From Bryobacteraceae bacterium (lineage in GTDB: Bacteria > Acidobacteriota > Terriglobia > Bryobacterales > Bryobacteraceae): a stretch of 64,000 bases of DNA. Where the stretch lies: NCBI GenBank assembly GCA_035934795.1, contig DASYXM010000083.1:15506-79505 (forward strand), read 5' to 3'. The notes beneath the pieces are model-generated. The model saw only the letters and a list, made by a program, of their open reading frames with translations. It ran no database searches and had not been told where the DNA came from. Position 1 is the first letter of the stretch; every line of letters starts with the position of its first letter. The position numbers and the translations under genes were made by a program. This document shows positions 1 through 8,706 of this stretch, one piece after another.

Positions 1-1
1 T

Positions 2-631
2 GTGCTGACTGCCGCTGAGACGCTGGTGGAAGCGAGCAATCGCCAGGATGAAGTGTTCGTTCTGCATTTCAACGACCGCGTGACTCTGGGACTTCCGCAG
101 GATGTGCCGTTCTCGGGTAACTTCCAAGAATTGCGCGACGCGCTAGCGCGAGGGACCCCGGGCGGAAAGACCGCGCTAAACGACGCCGTTATGGCGGGGC
201 TCGAGCACTTACGCCGAGGGCAGCGGGATAAAAAAACACTGGTGCTGGTCAGCGACGGCGGCGATACCGCCAGCATACACAGCCGCAGGGAGACGCTGAA
301 AATGGTTCAAAAGAGCGTCGCCACAATTTACACCATCGGATTGTACGACCCGGACGATCCGGATCACGATCCCGGGTTCCTTCGGCAACTCGCGAGGATG
401 AGCGGCGGCGAAGCGTATTTGCCTGCGAGTCCAAAGAGCCTGGCGCCCTTGTGCCGCCAGATCGCCAGGGAGATCCGGACGCGCTACACGATCGGTTACA
501 CTCCCGATCCACGTTCCGGAACAAACTCGCTGCGGCATGTCGAGGTACGCGCAGCCGCGCCAGGTCATGGCGCGTTGTCGGTGCGCACGCGGAGCAGTTA
601 TCTTTATGAAGACGGGCAGCTCGGAAAATAG
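2..631 (+). CDS. VWA (von Willebrand factor A) domain protein, C-terminal part; the 5' end lies outside the window
   Basis: The ORF is open at the window edge. It has the VWA-type 'KTLVLVSDGGDT' block and a C-terminal 'RTRYTIGYTP...HVEVRA...SVRTRSSY' tail, as in the Acidobacteria VWFA-related family (from memory, TIGR03436-like). No LPXTG or TM sorting signal is present at the C-terminus. Confidence 0.75.
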   Translation: MLTAAETLVEASNRQDEVFVLHFNDRVTLGLPQDVPFSGNFQELRDALARGTPGGKTALNDAVMAGLEHLRRGQRDKKTLVLVSDGGDTASIHSRRETLKMVQKSVATIYTIGLYDPDDPDHDPGFLRQLARMSGGEAYLPASPKSLAPLCRQIAREIRTRYTIGYTPDPRSGTNSLRHVEVRAAAPGHGALSVRTRSSYLYEDGQLGK

Positions 632-1697
632 GATTCGAGCTTGGACCAAGACGACGCTCCTGGCGACCGGCCTCATCGGCGTTGGCTTGTGGATTGGGTC
701 CAATGCCGTTCCAGCCGTCTGGCAGAGCTGGGACAATTGGGCTTTCGATCGCGAGGTCCGTGGTGAGCCGGCCACGGCGACCGCGTTTCTAACCGAAAAG
801 CGGCAACAGATCGCCGGGGCCGTTGCAAAATGGCTCGGATTGCCGGCGCCTGCGGAGCGCCCTCGTCCTACTCAGCCTCCCTTGGCACAGAGTCCGCCGC
901 CCGGACCACCGCAGCTCGAGAACAACGCTCTCATCGGACGCCTCAGCGTTCCGCGGCTTCATTTGAATACGACTGTTCGGGAGGGAACGGGCCGGGATAC
1001 TTTGACTCTCGCTGCGGGCCATATCCCGGGAACCGCGCTGCCCGGAGCGACGGGAAACGTCGCCGTGGCCGGCCACCGCGATACCTTGTTCCTCGGCCTC
1101 GCAGAGATCCGGAAGAAAGATTGGATTCGATTCGACACACTCCAGGGACGCTACGAGTACCAGGTGGCGTCCACTCGGATCGTCAGGCCACGGGACGTGG
1201 GCGTGTTGAGAGCGGGTGCCCACCCCGAGCTGACGTTGGTGACGTGTTATCCATTCAACTACATTGGTTCCGCCCCGGATCGTTTTATCGTTAAGGCGCG
1301 CCTGGTATCCGCTATTCCCTTGCAGCCGAGCTCCCCCAGCGAAGTTCTCCAAGACGCGCCGACCGCAAGCACGGAGCCGGCCGGTCCGTCCGGGGACCTT
1401 GCCCGCCGGGACACCGACACGGAAAATGGGCTCTTTTCCGTCGTCAAGCATCATAGCCGGGAGCTGGCTCCCGGAATCTCTCTGGGAGTTGACGACACCA
1501 ACGTGGAGAGTGGTCAGGTGACCGGCTGGATGTGGATCATGCCGGATCGGCGCACGATCTGGCTGCGAGATCAGCCCGCGCAACGTCCGCTCATCTTCTA
1601 CCAGCGTGGCGAGAGGCGCGAACTGCTGATTACGAATGTCACGAGTAATTCGGTAACGGGCTACTTGAGAGCCGGCGATAGGGCGCCGGCGCGCTAG
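606..1697 (+). CDS. Sortase-family transpeptidase with N-terminal membrane anchor and a ~115-aa C-terminal extension
   Basis: Catalytic contexts are 'VAVAGHRDT' (His), 'LTLVTCYPF' (Cys, TLxTC) and 'RFIVKARL' (Arg). The TM anchor is 'TLLATGLIGVGLWIG'. I chose the start at ATG 606; the ORF-track start at 537 would overlap the VWA gene by 95 nt. Confidence 0.8.
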   Translation: MKTGSSENRIRAWTKTTLLATGLIGVGLWIGSNAVPAVWQSWDNWAFDREVRGEPATATAFLTEKRQQIAGAVAKWLGLPAPAERPRPTQPPLAQSPPPGPPQLENNALIGRLSVPRLHLNTTVREGTGRDTLTLAAGHIPGTALPGATGNVAVAGHRDTLFLGLAEIRKKDWIRFDTLQGRYEYQVASTRIVRPRDVGVLRAGAHPELTLVTCYPFNYIGSAPDRFIVKARLVSAIPLQPSSPSEVLQDAPTASTEPAGPSGDLARRDTDTENGLFSVVKHHSRELAPGISLGVDDTNVESGQVTGWMWIMPDRRTIWLRDQPAQRPLIFYQRGERRELLITNVTSNSVTGYLRAGDRAPAR

Positions 1698-2779
1698 GCG
1701 TTCGAAATGGCGGCGAAAGCGCGCCGGAAGTTACCGCCGAGAATCAGCTCGATGTCCTGGCGCAGATAATTTCTGCGAACCAGGCCTTCCGTCACATCAT
1801 AAATCTTCTTGGCGTACTGCATTCCGTCCAGATCGCTGGTTCTGGGCGATCCCGATTCCCGGCCCTCCAGATCCACGTCGGTTCCCAAGCCCACGCTTTC
1901 GACACCGGCAACGGAGGCGACGTGATCGATATGGTCGAGGACGTCCTCAACGGTTGTTCTTCCCCCCGCCCGCACAAAAGGCCGCACCATTGTGATGCCG
2001 AAAACGCCGCCCTTGGCCGCGATTCTGCGAATAGCATCATCGGTCTTGCACCGCGGGTTGTTCGCGACCAGCGCCCGGCAATTAGAGTGCGTCACCAGAA
2101 CGGGCTTAGAGGAGATCTCGACCGCGTCCAGCGTGGTTCGATCCGCGCAGTGCGATATATCCACAGCCATCCCGAGGTTATTCATGCGCGCGACGATCTC
2201 CGCTCCGAATTCGGTGAGACCGCAGCGCGGGTCGGTGGAGCCCCCGCCCAGCTTGTTGTCGTAATAGGTGAGCTGGGAAACCCGCTGCCCTATGCCATAG
2301 AAGAAATCGACATCAGCCGCGGTGCGAAAGTGCTGGGAGTTCTGCAGTCCAAGAATGATTCCCACTTTCCCCAGCGACTTAGCGCGTTCGATATCGGCGG
2401 GGCTGTCGATTCGGATGAACTCGTCGCCGTGCGATGCAATGAACAGGTTCCAGTTCGTGAGATCCCGTAACGAGGATGTGTAAACGTCCCCGGTGACGAA
2501 GCCAACCGCCGGATGGAAGATCGTGACCCCGGAGTCCTTCAGACGCTCGAAGTCCTCGGCCTTAAATACCGCCGGCTGGGATTGCCAGGCCATCAGCTTC
2601 CGATAATCCAAAGTCAACAGGCCGAGCATGTCGACCACCGCCGTCGAGCGAACCAACTCCAACGTCAGAGCCGAGTACTCCGCGGGGCCGTTTGCGAATG
2701 CGCTAAATCGGCCGCGACTGATAAAAGGCGCGCCGAGGACGTACACTCCGGCACCAAGCCAATCTCGACGGGAGATCAC
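1694..2779 (-). CDS. Membrane dipeptidase (peptidase M19, renal-dipeptidase family), Tat/Sec-exported
   Basis: There is full-length similarity by motif: 'VVDMLG', 'FHPAVG', 'GLQNS', 'VSQLTYYDNKLGGGS', 'MAVDISHC' and 'LVTHSNCRAL'. The N-terminus 'MISRRDWLGAG' is signal-like. Confidence 0.85.
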   Translation of the reverse strand: MISRRDWLGAGVYVLGAPFISRGRFSAFANGPAEYSALTLELVRSTAVVDMLGLLTLDYRKLMAWQSQPAVFKAEDFERLKDSGVTIFHPAVGFVTGDVYTSSLRDLTNWNLFIASHGDEFIRIDSPADIERAKSLGKVGIILGLQNSQHFRTAADVDFFYGIGQRVSQLTYYDNKLGGGSTDPRCGLTEFGAEIVARMNNLGMAVDISHCADRTTLDAVEISSKPVLVTHSNCRALVANNPRCKTDDAIRRIAAKGGVFGITMVRPFVRAGGRTTVEDVLDHIDHVASVAGVESVGLGTDVDLEGRESGSPRTSDLDGMQYAKKIYDVTEGLVRRNYLRQDIELILGGNFRRAFAAISNA

Positions 2780-2968
2780 AGCAGGATTCTCAAGGGGACA
2801 TTCCTAGTTTACCAGCGTCGCCAGCCGGTTGCTCGGAGGCGGACGGTCGATCCCCTTGCTCGGAAGACTCAAGGGATGGAAGGTACCGTGAAGAAGGGAA
2901 GTCAAGGCCTACGCACCTTTGCGAAACCTGAGGGCATAAGTCTTCCGGACTCAGCGCCGATTCACAGG

Positions 2969-3385
2969 CTACCACGCGAACTCTGCGTCCAGTCTTGTTT
3001 CTTGAAGCAGCGCTTCGATGTAGCAGCCTCCACACCAGCGTTCCATCAGGGCGCCGATGGTAATTCCACGGCGAAATTTGGCCGTTACGTCGTTTCTGAG
3101 TGCCGCCCAGCCATCCGCGTCGTCGTCAAAAACGGCATAACCCTGAGGCCCGGGTAGAGAACCTGGTTGTCGCGCATACACAAGGGCTCCGGGGTTGTGC
3201 AGTCTTCGAACCAGCGAATCCGATTGTCCCCAACCCTCGTGGCGCGCAATACTCTGCACTACGCTCTCCACCGCGCGGGCACGTGCCTCGGCGACGTCGG
3301 GTTGATTGACGCCCTGGGGCGCCGGGGCCGCCACCTCGTTGGGGAGTAGCAGGACGGCCAGTGCCGCCATGCGCCGGGGAGTCAC
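2969..3385 (-). CDS. Small secreted hypothetical protein
   Basis: 138-aa ORF with the signal-like N-terminus 'MTPRRMAALAVLLLP'. It is tightly packed 4 nt after the adenylation-domain gene. I recognise no family. Confidence 0.45.
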   Translation of the reverse strand: MTPRRMAALAVLLLPNEVAAPAPQGVNQPDVAEARARAVESVVQSIARHEGWGQSDSLVRRLHNPGALVYARQPGSLPGPQGYAVFDDDADGWAALRNDVTAKFRRGITIGALMERWCGGCYIEALLQETRLDAEFAW

Positions 3386-3389
3386 TCGT

Positions 3390-4703
3390 CTATATCCTTC
3401 CCCGCACTAGAGGGGCTGGAATGCAGCGGCTCGCACGAGCGGGTTGGATTTCGCTCTGGCGATCGGCCCTCCCGAGAAGAATCAGCTGGCCGTCGGGCCG
3501 AATCTGGGCCAGATCTCCGGTCTTGAACATGTGGCTGCCAGGCTGGTCACTGAACGGATCGGCAACGAACCTCGCGGCCGTCAGCTCCGGTCGATGGCGA
3601 TAGCCGCGAGCAACCCCAACGCCGCCGAGATAAATCTCTCCAGGGGTACCTGCGACAACGGGCTCAAGACGCTCGTCCAACAGGTAGACACGCGCGCCTG
3701 CGATGGCGCGGCCGATGGGGGGCAGGGTCTCCGGGCAAGCGTCTGGCAGGATACCACCGGACGTAGCGACTACTGTGCATTCAGTCCGCCCGTAACTGTT
3801 GACCACCTGGAACGGCAGATCGCGATGGGGATAATCGCGGAGCGTTTCACCTCCGCCCAAAAGAGTTCGGAGCGCGGTTTCGTGCGGCCACGTCAGGGAA
3901 ATGAGACGCTCCGCGACCGCGGCCGGGACAAGACTGATCGTAATCTCTTTTTCCACCATCCAATCGCGGAGGCGCTCGGGAGAACGACGCGCCACGTCAT
4001 CGGCCAATTGAACGCTGGCGCCGGCCGCCAGATAAGGCCACAGTTCCCAAAGGGCCGTATCGGAGCCGAGCTCCGCGACGTTGCTGGCGCGATCCGCCGG
4101 CGTAACGGCGAAGGCAAAGCGATGCCAGGAAATCAGATTCGCCAGACCGGCGTGCGTGATCTCAACGCCGCTGGGCTGCCCGTCAGAGTCCGTGGCGTAA
4201 ATGACGTAAGCGAGATCGCGGGCCAAGATGCTGATCTTGGGAGGATGGTCGGGCCCGCCGGGGATGTTCGGGTCATCGAGAAGAACTACGTCACAACGGG
4301 ATTCGGGAAGGCTCCGCACCAGATCGGAATTTGTCACCAGCACCCGCGCCCGAGAGTCTTTTAGCACAAAAGCCAGCCGCGCCGCCGGATATGCCGGATC
4401 CATCGGCATGCACGCGCCGCCCGCTTTCAAGATTCCCAGCGCTGCGATCACCAGTTCCAAGGAGCGCGGTAAACAGAGTCCCACGAGTACGTCGGCGCCG
4501 ACTCCAAGGGACTGGAGATGGCGAGCCAACCGGTTCGCCTGGCAATCGAGCTCGTCGTAAGTTAGACGCCGGCTTCCCGCTTCGATTGCTGTTGCCTTCG
4601 GCCGCATGAGCGCCTGGTTCATGATGGCGCTCGGAACGCTGGCGCTCCCGGGGCCCGGCGTGCAATGCAGGCGGGTAGCGCCCGTCCAGATAGAAGTTGC
4701 CAT
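3390..4703 (-). CDS. Stand-alone adenylation (AMP-binding) domain protein, degenerate and C-terminally truncated (possible pseudo-enzyme or gene remnant)
   Basis: NRPS-type A-domain order is present: 'LTYDELDCQANRLARHL', A3-like 'AYVIYATDSDGQPSGV' (canonical TSGSTGxPKG is degraded, Lys replaced by Ser), A5-like 'NSYGRTECT', 'GEIYLGGVGVARGY' and 'FKTGDL'. The ORF stops 21 codons after 'GRADRQ', so the A8-A10 C-terminal subdomain is missing. No carrier or condensation domain is nearby. Confidence 0.7.
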   Translation of the reverse strand: MATSIWTGATRLHCTPGPGSASVPSAIMNQALMRPKATAIEAGSRRLTYDELDCQANRLARHLQSLGVGADVLVGLCLPRSLELVIAALGILKAGGACMPMDPAYPAARLAFVLKDSRARVLVTNSDLVRSLPESRCDVVLLDDPNIPGGPDHPPKISILARDLAYVIYATDSDGQPSGVEITHAGLANLISWHRFAFAVTPADRASNVAELGSDTALWELWPYLAAGASVQLADDVARRSPERLRDWMVEKEITISLVPAAVAERLISLTWPHETALRTLLGGGETLRDYPHRDLPFQVVNSYGRTECTVVATSGGILPDACPETLPPIGRAIAGARVYLLDERLEPVVAGTPGEIYLGGVGVARGYRHRPELTAARFVADPFSDQPGSHMFKTGDLAQIRPDGQLILLGRADRQSEIQPARASRCIPAPLVRGRI

Positions 4704-4711
4704 GGCCTACC

Positions 4712-5569
4712 TCAAGTTGTTAGATCCCCGACCGCCAGCTGCGAACGTCCGAGCGCCGTCTGCCATCTCCAATGCTTCACTTTGCAGCCGCGGCTGCGAA
4801 CGGCAAGCGTTCCGACGTAACCCGCGCGGGGCTGGAAGTCGTGGAGCCAGCACATCTCACTCTCTCCCGTCGAGTTGTCGGCGCCGCGAAACACTGATAC
4901 GGAAGAAATCAAAAGAGCTTCGATGTTCTCGAAATCGATCGTAAGGGCGGCTCCGAGTGCCTTCGCATGGGCTTCCATCCGGCTCCACGCCTGGAAAAAG
5001 GCTAGCTGGCGTTGCCGCTGCGGCAGCCCTTCGAGGAAACGAATCGCCCGCGAGGAGAAGAACCACCCGGAGATCTCCTCGGCGATGCCGGCCCGGATAC
5101 GCTGCACATCCACTCCCACTGGCAGCTTCCTACTGACCGCGCACACAGCCACCCGGTGGGAACGCGTGAGATTGAAGTGAAACGCCCCGTTCATAAGCTC
5201 GGGTTCCCCCTTGGCTCCATAGTGCAATTTGAGGTCAGACGGATCGGTGTCGAGGTATCCGGCTAGAATATCTCTTCGTACACTGCATGAGAGAAGGTAG
5301 TGGTATCGCTCCCGATCATGAGGGAATCGTTTTGCCCGCCGGTGTTCGTCTGGACTCAAGGAGCGTTCGAGAGCGGGCCACCCTGCCACAACGCGGTCCA
5401 GATCCACTTTCCAAATATGGACTTCGTCATCTAGTAGTTCTGGCGGTTGACGAGTTGTCATCCAGGGATTGGCGGCGAGTGTTCTCAATGGGAGAGCTCC
5501 GGGGGATTCCTGACTCTGGTGCCCGTATGCGTGGCGGCCCCCGCGACTTATGGCGTTTCTAGGAACCAT
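4712..5569 (-). CDS. 4'-phosphopantetheinyl transferase (Sfp type)
   Basis: Motifs are 'EVHIWKVDL', 'RAKRF..DRERY', 'FNLTRSH', 'VGVDVQRI' and 'WSRMEAHAKALG' (W/KEA-type motif). An alternative start is ATG 5461 (MTTRQ...). Confidence 0.75.
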   Translation of the reverse strand: MVPRNAISRGGRHAYGHQSQESPGALPLRTLAANPWMTTRQPPELLDDEVHIWKVDLDRVVAGWPALERSLSPDEHRRAKRFPHDRERYHYLLSCSVRRDILAGYLDTDPSDLKLHYGAKGEPELMNGAFHFNLTRSHRVAVCAVSRKLPVGVDVQRIRAGIAEEISGWFFSSRAIRFLEGLPQRQRQLAFFQAWSRMEAHAKALGAALTIDFENIEALLISSVSVFRGADNSTGESEMCWLHDFQPRAGYVGTLAVRSRGCKVKHWRWQTALGRSQLAVGDLTT

Positions 5570-5725
5570 GACGTTCTCAAGCGCGCGACATTTCTCAAGA
5601 TCAAGACGATATGGATACTTGGGGCGCCCGTTTTGGGGTCGTTCTCGCTTTCTTTGCGACGCTACAGGGCATAGGCGGTCGCAAGCTTAGAGGCTCACGG
5701 TTCCACCTGCGCTCGAGTGCCGTTG

Positions 5726-5741
5726 AGCAACGGACATGCCA
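5726..5741 (-). promoter_or_regulatory. Candidate sigma-54 (-24/-12) promoter facing the PPTase / adenylation-domain genes
   Basis: The minus strand reads TGGCATGTCCGTTGCT, against the consensus TGGCACG-N4-TTGCW, with exact GG-N10-GC spacing. It lies ~145 nt upstream of ATG 5569. Confidence 0.45.
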
Positions 5742-5868
5742 AAGTCTACGAGCGGCCCAGAGGCAAGGAACGAACGTCGTTACGGGCGGGCGGCGATGTG
5801 CCGCGTCTGCCGTACCAGCCAAGCAGGAGCAGGGCATTTCCTTGAAAAGGAATCCCTCTTCCGGAGCC

Positions 5869-6531
5869 TCACGCCTCTACCAACCGCTTGCGTATGGCGT
5901 AGCGAATGATTTCGCTTCGGTCGTGCAGATCGAGCTTACGCATCAAGTTATATTTGTGAGCATCCACGGTCTTGACGCTCAAGTTCAACCTGGTTGCGAC
6001 GTCCTTCAATGACTGCCCTTCGGCCAGCAGCACGAGAACCTCGCGCTCGCGGTCGCTCAGCGATTCGTAGCCGCCCTTGAAGTCCGCGGGCTGGGAAATA
6101 TATTGACGGACCACGCCAGTGAGGACTCGGGGACTCATGTACTGCTGTCCGCGGTAGACCGTCTGAATCGCATAGACCAGTTGCAGAGGAGGCGAGTCCT
6201 TCAAGACGTAACCCGCTGCGCCCGCGTCCAGACATCGGGCCACGAGGTCCTCATCTTCATAGACGGTGAGAATCAAAGTCTTAACTTCGGGCATTACTTT
6301 TCGGATACGGCGCACCGCCTCGAACCCTTTGAGCACGGGCATCGAGATGTCCATCAAGGCGATGTCGGGGTGCAGGCGAATCGCCTGTTCCACGCCCTCC
6401 TTGCCGTCGGCGGCCTCCCCGACAACCTCCATGTCTAGCTGCGAGTTCAAGATCGTCTTCACACCTTCTCGAAAGAGGGCGTGATCGTCGCAAACCAGGA
6501 TCCTGATCTTCTTCTGCATGCAACGGTTCAC
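5869..6531 (-). CDS. NarL/LuxR-family response regulator (REC + LuxR HTH)
   Basis: Receiver motifs are 'IRILVCDDHALFREG' and 'DIALMDISMP'. The C-terminal HTH is 'LSDREREVLVLLAEGQSLKDVATRLNLSVKTVDAHK'. Confidence 0.9.
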   Translation of the reverse strand: MNRCMQKKIRILVCDDHALFREGVKTILNSQLDMEVVGEAADGKEGVEQAIRLHPDIALMDISMPVLKGFEAVRRIRKVMPEVKTLILTVYEDEDLVARCLDAGAAGYVLKDSPPLQLVYAIQTVYRGQQYMSPRVLTGVVRQYISQPADFKGGYESLSDREREVLVLLAEGQSLKDVATRLNLSVKTVDAHKYNLMRKLDLHDRSEIIRYAIRKRLVEA

Positions 6532-7685
6532 GGTTCTTCTCCCCCAGGGAGAGGAAGATCGACTTCAATGCGCGTCCCATGGAGTTTGGCCGTCGAACCG
6601 GCGACTTTGGAAACCACGTGAATCCTACCCCCTAGGACCTCGACTCTTTCGCGCATGGCGGTCAGGCCAAACGAACGGCTTCTGGGACGCGCCTTGATAT
6701 CGAAGCCCACACCGTCGTCCTCAATCACCATGATTAGCACGGAATTCTTCATGCTTCCCAGGGACACCTTCACGTTCCTGGCGGAGGCATGCTTGAGCAC
6801 GTTTGAGAGAGCGCCCTGGAGCAACCGGTACAGCGCAACCTGATGACTCGAAGGTATGTCTTCGGGCAAGTATCCTTCCCGCAGCGTCACGTTGATCTTG
6901 GTTCGCGCCGAGAACTGGCCGATATACGATTTAATTGCGGGTGCGAATCCTAGATCCTCGAAAACCGCGGGACCGAGGTCGAGTACCAGGCGCCGCACTC
7001 CGTCAATCGCATGCGATACCAGCGCAATCGCCTCGGCGAGACGCGATTGAAGGCCGTCAGTATCCGCCTTCGGCAGGTTCAAAGCGATCATTTCCAAATA
7101 CAGCTTGAGTAAGATCAAGTCGTGACCGACTTCGTCGTGAAGATCCTGGGAAAAGCGGCGCCGTTCCTGTTCGTAGATCCGGGTGACATAGGCGGAAACC
7201 TCATGGCGGCGATCTTCACCTTCCGAAAGGCTCGCTTGCACGAGTGTCTTGTTCCCAGCCGCCCACTGGCCGGTATAACCGGATATGACCAGCAAACCCA
7301 CCAGTGCGTCGAGCCGCGCCAGCGCCAGGATCGGAGTCGCGCGTTTCGGAGCCCGTTTGACCAGACATGGCAGGCAGATCTCAAAAAGCCGGTTGAGCGC
7401 CGTTATGGCATGGTCAAGCCTTACTCCCTTTTGCGCGAGCGCTTCGCCGAATTCCTGGATCTTCCGCCGAAACGAAGGGTACGAGGTCTCGCGAAGGCGA
7501 TCCGCGAGCTGCGCAAAGTCGAGGGGCGCGCCTTCGATGAAGTCGTCAGCCTGCAGACCCAGCGCGCGGATCTCGCGATTCCAAGCAGCGGCGACTTCCT
7601 TGGAATTAGCTCCCAGGAGATCCAGCGCCTCGGCCGAGGGCCCGCGGATCGTCGAATAGAACCTTCGTTGCGAGATGCCCGGCAT
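6528..7685 (-). CDS. Cytoplasmic sensor histidine kinase (HisKA_3 + HATPase_c), partner of the NarL-type regulator
   Basis: The H-box is 'FSQDLHDEVGHDL'. ATPase boxes are 'LQGALSNVLKHA', 'IEDDGVGF' and 'FGLTAMRERVEVLGG'. A 4-nt overlap with the regulator gene indicates translational coupling. Confidence 0.85.
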   Translation of the reverse strand: MPGISQRRFYSTIRGPSAEALDLLGANSKEVAAAWNREIRALGLQADDFIEGAPLDFAQLADRLRETSYPSFRRKIQEFGEALAQKGVRLDHAITALNRLFEICLPCLVKRAPKRATPILALARLDALVGLLVISGYTGQWAAGNKTLVQASLSEGEDRRHEVSAYVTRIYEQERRRFSQDLHDEVGHDLILLKLYLEMIALNLPKADTDGLQSRLAEAIALVSHAIDGVRRLVLDLGPAVFEDLGFAPAIKSYIGQFSARTKINVTLREGYLPEDIPSSHQVALYRLLQGALSNVLKHASARNVKVSLGSMKNSVLIMVIEDDGVGFDIKARPRSRSFGLTAMRERVEVLGGRIHVVSKVAGSTAKLHGTRIEVDLPLPGGEEP

Positions 7686-8010
7686 GAGGCGATGGCTAGC
7701 CGCGTCCGCGCAGGCGCCACCAGGCGAGTGTGTGCAACTCTTGTGCCGGTGCGGAAATGCTCACCTTTCCAGCTCGGGCGTTTCAACCGATTGAAGATAG
7801 GGGACTCGACAGGACCGCCCGATTTCTGTAAAGGAACCCCCATGCCACTCCTGAGATCCTAGCTGCCACTCCGCGACCGCTGGATCGCGGAGCGTGGAGC
7901 GGTGGACCGTGAGGCGCAAAGCTAGTCGGATTCGTGACATACATCTGCATCCTCCGGGCGGCTCTCGCTGAGTGGTCTTACCCGTGCATGGAGTGAGCCG
8001 AACGAAGGCA

Positions 8011-8041
8011 ACTCTCGCGCACACGCGAGAGTGCGGTAGCT
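8011..8041 (+). promoter_or_regulatory. Leader hairpin followed by an ops-like element (GCGGTAGCT) upstream of the NusG-like gene
   Basis: There is a perfect 9-bp stem, ACTCTCGCG (8011-8019) pairing with CGCGAGAGT (8024-8032), with loop CACA. GCGGTAGCT (8033-8041) follows directly. The E. coli ops core is GGCGGTAGCGTG. Confidence 0.35.
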
Positions 8042-8054
8042 TCGTTCTCGTTCT

Positions 8055-8642
8055 ATGGACTGGAAATCCGCTCAGGTCTTTACGCGCTCGCCTGCTTCCG
8101 CGGAAGGTTCTTGCGCGCCGATCCCAGGACCGCGGTGGTTTGCTCTCAGCGTGACCGTCCGTCACGAAAAGATCGTGTCGCAGTTACTACACAACAAAGG
8201 AATGGAGACGTTCCTCCCGCTCTACACGCGGCGCCATCAGTACGCCCGGCGCATTCGGGAATTCGAACTCCCCTTGTTCCCGGGATATCTATTCTGTCGC
8301 TCGGATCCCACGGTTCGGCTCCCTATCTTGACGACTCCGGGAGTCCAGCGCATCATCGGAGCCGGCCGAAATCCAATTCCGCTGGAAGACAGCGAGATCA
8401 ACTCGCTTCAAAGGGCTGCCGATGCCGGGATTTCCATGGTCCCCCACCCGTACTGGCATTCCGGGCAGAAGGGCAGGATTGCGAAGGGTCCGCTCGCGGG
8501 CCTCGAAGGAACCGTTGTGAATGCGAAGGATTCGATCCGATTAGTGCTATCCGTGGGTTTACTACAAAGATCCGTTCTGCTTGAGATTGACGCCGAATGC
8601 GTGACCTTGGTGGAAGGCGCACCGGGCCGCACGCTTATTTGA
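8055..8642 (+). CDS. NusG/RfaH-like (UpxY-like) transcription antitermination factor
   Basis: The NGN-like N-terminus is 'WFALSVTVRHEKIVSQLL...LPLFPGYLFCR'. The C-terminal KOW-like block is 'GQKGRIAKGPLAGLEGTVV'. It is the first gene of a polysaccharide operon. The exact start is uncertain. Confidence 0.8.
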   Translation: MDWKSAQVFTRSPASAEGSCAPIPGPRWFALSVTVRHEKIVSQLLHNKGMETFLPLYTRRHQYARRIREFELPLFPGYLFCRSDPTVRLPILTTPGVQRIIGAGRNPIPLEDSEINSLQRAADAGISMVPHPYWHSGQKGRIAKGPLAGLEGTVVNAKDSIRLVLSVGLLQRSVLLEIDAECVTLVEGAPGRTLI

Positions 8643-8706
8643 CGCCCGCCAGAGAACTATATACGTACTTCGAACGGATAAAATTCTCGAACGGTTCAAC
8701 ACCGCC

